Positions 57,008-64,000 of a DNA stretch of 64,000 nucleotides are shown here, piece by piece (the stretch's first letter is position 1; each line of letters begins with the position of its first letter). The stretch comes from Microbotryum violaceum (taxonomy: Eukaryota), in contig CDLV01000005.1 in assembly GCA_001244265.2 (NCBI GenBank), positions 1 to 64,000 on the forward strand. The letters run 5' to 3'. The notes under the pieces are model-generated. The model was not told the DNA's origin. It made no database searches and worked only from the letters and a program-made list of their open reading frames with translations. The translations under genes and the position numbers were made by a program.

Positions 57008-58147
57008 TCAAACCTCCATCACGTCGCCTAGACGGTTGGGACCCTCTTGATCGACCTCATCACGTCGAACATGCCTCATCATGTACTTATGCTTGTACCC
57101 CTGCTTCTTCCCACATCCGGGACCACCCGCACCCGCACCAGCACCCACACCCGCACCAGCACCGGCGCCCGCACCCGCACCAGAGCCTCCACCCAAACCG
57201 GCTCCAGCTCCCCCACCTACTCCCGCACCTGCTCCCGAACCGGCACCCGCACCCGCACCAGAGCCTCCACCCGCACCTACTCCCGATCCCGCACCCGCAC
57301 CAGAGCCTCCACCCGCACCAGCACCCGAACCGGCACCCGAACCAGCACCCGAACCGGCACCCGAGCCAGCACCCGAACCGGCACCCGAGCCAGCTCCCCC
57401 ACCAGCACCTACACCAGCACCAGCACCGACGCCTGCACCAGCGCCCACACCCACTCCTGCACCCACACCCGCGCCTACACCCGCGCCTACACCCGCGCCT
57501 CCTCCAGCGCCGACGCCAACGGAAATGCCACCGGAGAATTTGAACCAGGGTGCAAGATGGCGGTAAGGGGTCCATTGGGGTGGGGGCACCCAGTTAAGGG
57601 CGCATTGGAACGTGGCAGAGGGTTGCCAGCCGGTGGAGCTGTGCAGGTGTTCGAACACAAAGGTGTCAGGTTCAGAGCTAAAAGGAATTTTGGAATGACT
57701 GGGGTACTTACATGCCATAGTACCTCCACCCACGCGGGAGGTAGGACGGGCACTCCTGGCCATTCACGTCGTAGCGGAAACCGTCTCTGCCCGAACCTGA
57801 TCATCGAACACGAAAGAAAGAAAAAGCCGTTACACAGTTAGCAAAATTTACCGAGGAATGCCCACCTTCCAGTCACTTGGCCGAGACTAACCATTGCATC
57901 GAAAGGTCAGGGGGCACCTCGCACGCAGATTAAACCCCCCATTCAACACCGCTCCACCGGGTCCGAACGAACTACCACATCCTCCCAAACCACCTTGGAG
58001 GATTCCGCACGGTCCTAGACCGAGAATCTTGCCTTTGAGAAGGGCTTTGGAACAACGTTTCTCGAGGTTGGTCGAGCTGAGGTCGGAGTTCGCGACGGCG
58101 AAGGTGCCGAGGAGAGCGAGAGTCGGGACGACTACGAAGAGCTTCAT
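57008..58147 (-). CDS. Secreted Cys-rich protein with Gly-Ala/Ser fibroin-like repeat tail, 3 exons
   Basis: Signal peptide MKLFVVVPTLALLGTFAVA, EKR Kex2-like site, Cys/Gly domain, DGFRYDVNGQECPSYLPRGWRYYG-ISTGWQP, then ~135 aa of Gly-X repeats. Confidence 0.85.
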
Positions 58148-59368
58148 CTTGGATGAAGGGTGGTGGAGTTTGAAAGTTTGGTGAATCAACTGTGGAGATG
58201 ATGCAACTTGAATCAGATGTCTTCTTGAATTATGCAAGAAAAGAGAGCGATTGAGGACACCCTGTTCACGTACAAGGCAAAAGTGTTTGTGGGTGGAGTC
58301 AGATGGAAGATGAAGAGGATGAGAGAAAGAGAAGAAAGAGGGATTCAAGCCTGGTGAACGGTTTTATTCAGTCTCCACTCCCCACAAGATAGTCGCTACA
58401 CAGCCCCATCCGCTCGCAGCAGAACACCTTGGCGGGAGAACGCCGGCTGAGCTTTTTCTGTCGAAGGGGAACGGGAGTTGGTTGGTCCACGGAGCGGTTC
58501 CCCTTCCGCCAATCGGATTAGAGCCCGGGCGTGTTGATTTCAGGAGGATTCAAGTTTTTCAAGTCAGTCTCGAACCACACCAGTTCAACAGACGTCTTGA
58601 TGCACGGAGTACGGCACCCGACGGACCTGAGCGCGGATGCGGCTCAGCACCTCAACGTCCGCGCGCCCGGGACCTTTTTCTGGCGCAGTGCTGCTCGCGA
58701 GCGTCTGGCTTGCAAGCCTCGGGAACGGCGAACGGCGGGCGGGAAGCCAAGCCCGCTTAGGTAATGCAAGCTACTAGCGGCTTCAGCACGCGCTATTCTT
58801 GAACTCTAAGCAGCGTCTTTCTTAGGAACTGCTGCCAAGAGTGTGGGGGCGGTGCGGAGTCAAGTCGACGCACTAAGAGACAGCCGACGCCGTCCGTGGA
58901 GGTAAAACTTTTCGTATGCGCTCGTTCACAGACCTAATACTATCTACTTCATCGGATGGTAGATTACAGTTTCAGGTTTGAGCCCATTAAATCTTCAAGA
59001 AGGTGGATAGGAAAATAACACAGAGTCGGATTCGGACGATCCCTGCGGGCACCGTCCGTACTTCGTGATGATGACTCGACGTTGTTGTCGCAAGGCGCAA
59101 CTAGAACGTTAAACGGAGGCTTTGAAGGTCCTTGTGTAACATTCAGTATCAAAAAATTGGTATGGCTCGACGCGTATATTTCAAGATCATGCTCAAAGGC
59201 TAAGGGGTAGACCGAGCGAATAGTCAATGCTGAGCATTGAAGAATTGAGTGAAGACGACACTGTTCAGAGGATTTTCCTCGGGGAGGTTGCTCAACGATA
59301 GGTCGGGTATAAAGATGCGAGATAACAAAGAAGCACGAGATCAGAAAAAACAACAAGGTCACCCCAGC

Positions 59369-60235
59369 CTACTGGTGGTTGAAGTCGGCCTCAGCATCGG
59401 CCTCAGCATCTGCCATATCCTTGGCGTCCTGCTCAGCCTCGGAAAGACGTTGAGGGCCGGGAGAGGCGACCTTGCCCTGCACGGCCCTCGCAATGACCGC
59501 CGACTCGGTACCATCATCGATCGAGCGAACAGAGTACTTGGACGCGTACTTGAGATAGTGAAGGTACTTCTTGTACGCCTTGTACTGGTACTTGTAGTAG
59601 TACTTGGAAGGTCCGGCGGCGAGGGGTTGCGCGCTCCACCAGGGGGCAAGATGGGCGTAAGGGGTCCACTGTGAAGGGGCGACCCAATTCGCTTCGCACG
59701 TGTACGAGATGGGAGGTTGCCAGCCGGTTTGACTACAACGAGTAGGTCCTGAATCAGCACAAAAATCTTGAATAGATGTCATATAAAACTCACACTCCGT
59801 AGTACATCCAGCCCTGGGGCAAGTAGGAGGGGCAGCCGTTGCCGTTGACGTCATAGGGGTACCCATCGGTTCCCGAGCCTGATTACGGAGTCACAAGACA
59901 TTTATATCATCAATTCAGCAAAGTAATATGATTGACTCCAAATTATGGGAAACGCTCAAACGAGACTGACCGTCACACTGGAAGCTCAAAGGGCAACGCA
60001 CTCGCACATTGAGGCCCGAATTCAAGATCGCCCCGCCAGGGCCGAACGAGCCGGCACAACCTCCAATACCGCCTTGCAAGATACCGCAAGCTCCGAGACC
60101 GAGGATTTTACCCTTGAGAAGGGACAGGCCGCAGCGCTTGTCCAGGTCAGAGTGAGGCTCAAGGTTCGAGTCGGGGGTCGCGGAAGCGAGGGCGCCGAGG
60201 GCGACGAGCGATTGGACGAAGACGAAGACCTTCAT
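59369..60235 (-). CDS. Secreted Cys-rich paralog with Tyr/Lys-rich segment, 3 exons
   Basis: Signal peptide MKVFVFVQSLVALGALASA, DKR site, same domain and intron positions as 57008-58147, then KYYYKYQYKAYKKYLHYLKYASKY and an acidic tail. Confidence 0.85.
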
Positions 60236-62215
60236 TGTTGAATTTGAACGAGTCCGAGAGTAAGAAGAAGAATGTGACCTGATAGTGGGATAGGTTCATC
60301 GGGCGTCAGCGCATGCGAAAACTGAGTGCTCAAACACAGTTTTAACTGGAAGACGTACGGTGGATGGAGAAGGGTATGTAAGTAGGATTGCGAGGAGCGT
60401 GGTTGTGAGTGTGATGGAAAGAAAGACAAGAGACAAAGTTGTGACCAACGCGATTTTGTGAAGTCCACGGAATGTGAGTCCGCCCGCAGTTTGACAGCGG
60501 GAGCCGAGAGGTGTGTGCGTTCACGCATTGCAAGATGAAATCGTCCGCCAAGCTTCACCGCGACCGACGGATCCTTTGGCTGAAGCGCCTGCCCGCATAC
60601 CCCACTTTCGAATCGTAGGACGTCCTTCCATTCTTTCGTGGGGAATTGGAAGGGTCTCACGGAACCTTGGCTGTGTATGCACTTCCGCCGCAGCCGAGTG
60701 GATGCCCGCGGCGAATTCCTCTTCATCAACGCAGACAATTCGGTCGTCCGGCCACGTTCCGAGCATGCTCTTATGCCACGGGTGGCTCCCATCTCGAGAC
60801 ATAGTCACTGACATCACCGCGGAAATTTAGCCTTAAAAATGTGCTTCTCTATGTTTTGGCGGTGTGGGGAAATTTCATTCTACTTTTTCAAGCCTTTAAG
60901 TCCACATGATGAGCGGGGCGGGCGGGCCTTGGGGCGGGCCTTGCGAGGCGCGACGCGCCCCGCGCGCGAACGTCGGACGCTCCACTTCAGCTTGGCGATA
61001 CGAACAAAAGCACCGCCATCATCGCTGATAATGTTCTGACCAATTAAATACCTAGACGTCGTTCTTTGTGACGAGCAGCTATCGAGGCTAATCACGTTGC
61101 GGATATCCGTTTCGCTTCGAGTGTCGCGGCACCGCATGGTCAGAAACGGGTGCCAAGTCCGCCGACCGCTCAGACCCGCTCGGACCTATTTCACACCGAA
61201 ATCAGAGCGGTTCAGAGGAAATTGGACCATGGGTAGATCTCAGCGGCACTCAGCCTGTTGAAACAGTGTTTCGAGAGGATCCTGTGTGAAATCCTATCGG
61301 GGGCGTCTACATGCTGTGTGTCCTACGAGGTGCTGGCTCAGGCGGTGTCCGACAGACGGCCACAGTTTGAAAGGTCAAATTGAGGGCGTCTTGAAGGGTT
61401 CTGGCTGTTCATTCAGAAGAACAACGCGGCTGACCTTTGGAGCGACAGGAGCACCATGACCTCACTTAGAAATCAACCTGAGTAAAATTAACGTTAGCTA
61501 ATCGAAGGCGCAGCTTCGCTCAAGTCGCTGTAGTGCTCGACCTGATGAGCGTTTCAACTTAAGTCGTCCAGCCGTCCCCGGGAGTCTCGATCACGGCGAG
61601 TTGACGCCAAGATGGGGGAGAACCAGCCTGATCTGCACGTTGTACACTCCTTGACATGACTACGTAGATCAACTCAAGAGACAGTGGTTCATCTCTTCCA
61701 CTCTCATGCTTGCAAAGCTTGGTGAGGTCTGTGTAGGCTCTCCCAGCGTCGAGCATCGTAGGGCGGGCGATCGGGATATCGGGAACCGAGCTCGGACGCG
61801 ACCCCGAAACTCCAAAAAGCGCTCGGGCGCGACCCCGAGCGAGCGACAAAGTTGGATGGCCTGTCCAATATGGGCACCAGGACAGTGGCATGGCGGCTTG
61901 AAACGAAACGGATCAATGACCGCGTATCTTTAAATCCTGATCGAGAATAGCAACCCTCAAGTGGTGCACTCCTGCTGTACTAGGGACCCGTCGAAGTTAT
62001 TCGGAAATCGCATTTCCTCGGTTCCCAGCTCGGCTGCCAGGATTGCCTTGGGGATAAGTGGGCCGAGCTTCTTTCGATCTTCCGACGGCGAGTTGCACGC
62101 GGACGATTAGCACTTGTCTCGCATCGCATTGGGCTCTCTCTTTCCCCATTCCCCCTTTCCCGTTACTTCCTCCCTCTTTCCGCTCCACCCCACACCGCCC
62201 TTACATCTCGACACA

Positions 62216-64000
62216 ATGGCTGGTGGCGATGACTGGGTGTGAGTGACGGCTTCCGTCGGCTCATTGTGGCGCGGTGGCGCGATAAATCGTGCGTGAACAC
62301 GATTGACCCCCGCCTCCTCGTCCCGTCGTCACAGTTACTACGCTTACAAGCCGTCCTATGCACTCGGTGAATATGCATTCGGTTTCTTTCTTTCTTTCGC
62401 CTTCAGTGCGCGCACTGACTCATTTACCTCCGCGTCGGACCCTCGGGCCGTGCCCTCTCAACTGCCCGCTCTCGCAGCGATCGCGGCTTCGGCTGTGTTT
62501 GGCGTCGTCTTCCTCGCGCACTTGTTTCTGATGATCAGACACAAGGCGTGGTATGTAAGCAACGATGCTCCTTTCTCGTAACCGGGATCTTGCCTCGCCT
62601 GCACCGCATTCTGGATGGCCCGCGGACGCGCGTCGAACTCATAACAACGACGGATGGCCGATGGGCTCCTTGCTGCACTGCTCCGTCTATAGCCTCGCCC
62701 GTCGTTCGACCCGATCATATGAGCGCGCGCCACACCGGTGGGCGCGGCGACCCATCCCGCCGGCGGAGAGCCAACTCCCGCGAGCGCGGGCGCACGTCGG
62801 AACCGAGCCCTCTTCCGGTTTCACCTCAGCTCCCGCCGTACACGATCCATAACATCGGACTGCCCCGGCCGAGCGAAGAGCTTCGCTTTGCTTTTCACGG
62901 TACTGATCCGTTTCTTCGATCATGATGTACAGATGTGGCCATTCACCGTCGGTGTTGCAGTCAGTACCTCTCCACCCACTTCGGGAACCCCCGTTGAGTT
63001 TGGCCCAGTTCGCTGACCTTGCTCCTTCTGCACCGCACAGGGAGAATGCATCGGATACGCGCTTCGACGAATCTCGGCGGAACACCCGCGAGGACGTAGT
63101 CAAGGACTGATTTGGTACATCACTCAAGAGGTGAGCACCCTCTCACTTCGTTTCTAGGAATTGCAATGGCGGTGGCTCCGGTGCAAGGAACTGATTTTCA
63201 TTCTGGTGACTCGACCCGTCTATAGCTCTTCATCATTCTCGCACCCGCTTGCATGGCCGCATCGCACTACATGTGTTTCGGGCGGCTGATCTCCTACGTC
63301 GGAGAGAAATATTCGCCCGTGCGAGCGCGACGCGTGACGGCGATCTTCGTCTTCTTCGACGTGACCTCGTTCTGCATTCAAGGTGCCGGTGGATCGCTCT
63401 ACTCGAGTTCGAACCGAAGCATCTTCCCTACCGCCAAGGCCATTGTGAGTTGCCGAGCGGGGCTCGTTTTGTTTCGTCCGAACTGACGTCGAGTTTTTTG
63501 TCGCGCTCCCCAGCTCACCGTTGGTTTCTTGATCCAAATCATCTCCTTCGGAATCTTTGCCATTTTCGCCATACTTTGTGCGTTCTCCACCTCACTCGCA
63601 AGAAGCGAAAGCATGTTGCTGACATTTCTTTTGTTCCTGGGCTTCGCACAGATCAAGTCCGTGCTCGACGTGCCGGTGAACTCGAGGGGAAATGGACCGT
63701 GTGCTTGTACACCCTTTACGCGGGCGAGTCTCTCCTTCAAGTCCTTCTCATACCTTGAATGTGCAGCTCACATATTGCCCAACTGTCCCCGCGCTTCACA
63801 GGCACGGCTCTGATCTTGATCCGAGGCATTTACCGTACGATCTCGTTCGCCACCGGCACGGGCAACAGCAATGGCTACCTCCTCTCGCGCGAGGCATGGT
63901 ACTACGGACTCGAGACGATCCCCATTCTTTTGTGCACTTTGTTGTTCCTCGCCTCTTACCCGGCGCGGTACATCCCTTCGGACCGCTCGTTGAGGCTTCA
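62216..64000 (+). CDS. RTA1-like multi-TM protein (lipid-translocating exporter family), 3' end outside the window
   Basis: YYAYKPS..ECIGYALR..LFIILAPACMAASHYMCFGRL..FVFFDVTSFCIQGAGG..LILIRGIYR..EAWYYGLE. Confidence 0.88.

Noticed and set aside
57047..57841. Pro-Ala-rich and Thr-Arg-rich ORFs on the plus strand
   Set aside because: Antisense shadows of the Gly-Ala repeat; the minus strand has the signal peptide, splice sites and a paralog.

Overview
Intron-rich fungal DNA. The gene style suggests a basidiomycete, probably Pucciniomycotina such as Microbotryum or a relative; this is an inference. The window has two compartments. (1) About 1-36.4 kb is a transposon-rich mosaic. It holds one class III alcohol/formaldehyde dehydrogenase gene, Helitron, LINE and DIRS-like relics, a rearranged ~5 kb L1/Tx1-type LINE, and a cluster of seven full or partial genes from two families that fuse a PD-(D/E)xK restriction-endonuclease-like domain to a protein kinase domain (three FunK1-type, four of a short atypical kinase type). 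That architecture is shared with Crinkler/CR effectors and Spok meiotic drivers. (2) From an intron-containing tRNA-Val(CAC) at 36.4 kb onward lies a compact core-gene block: BIR1, LSB6, a histidine acid phosphatase, HIR1, a DAG/sphingosine-kinase-like gene and SSM4/DOA10. It is followed by two paralogous secreted Cys-rich proteins (one with a silk-fibroin-like Gly-Ala tail, one with a Tyr/Lys-rich tail) and an RTA1-like gene that runs off the end. The main candidates for new biology are the amplifying nuclease-kinase array, a stack of same-orientation retro-insertions upstream of the tRNA, and the secreted pair. Many left-half frameshifts are single-base losses in C/G runs and may be consensus errors. 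All domain calls come from motif recognition by eye, not database searches.
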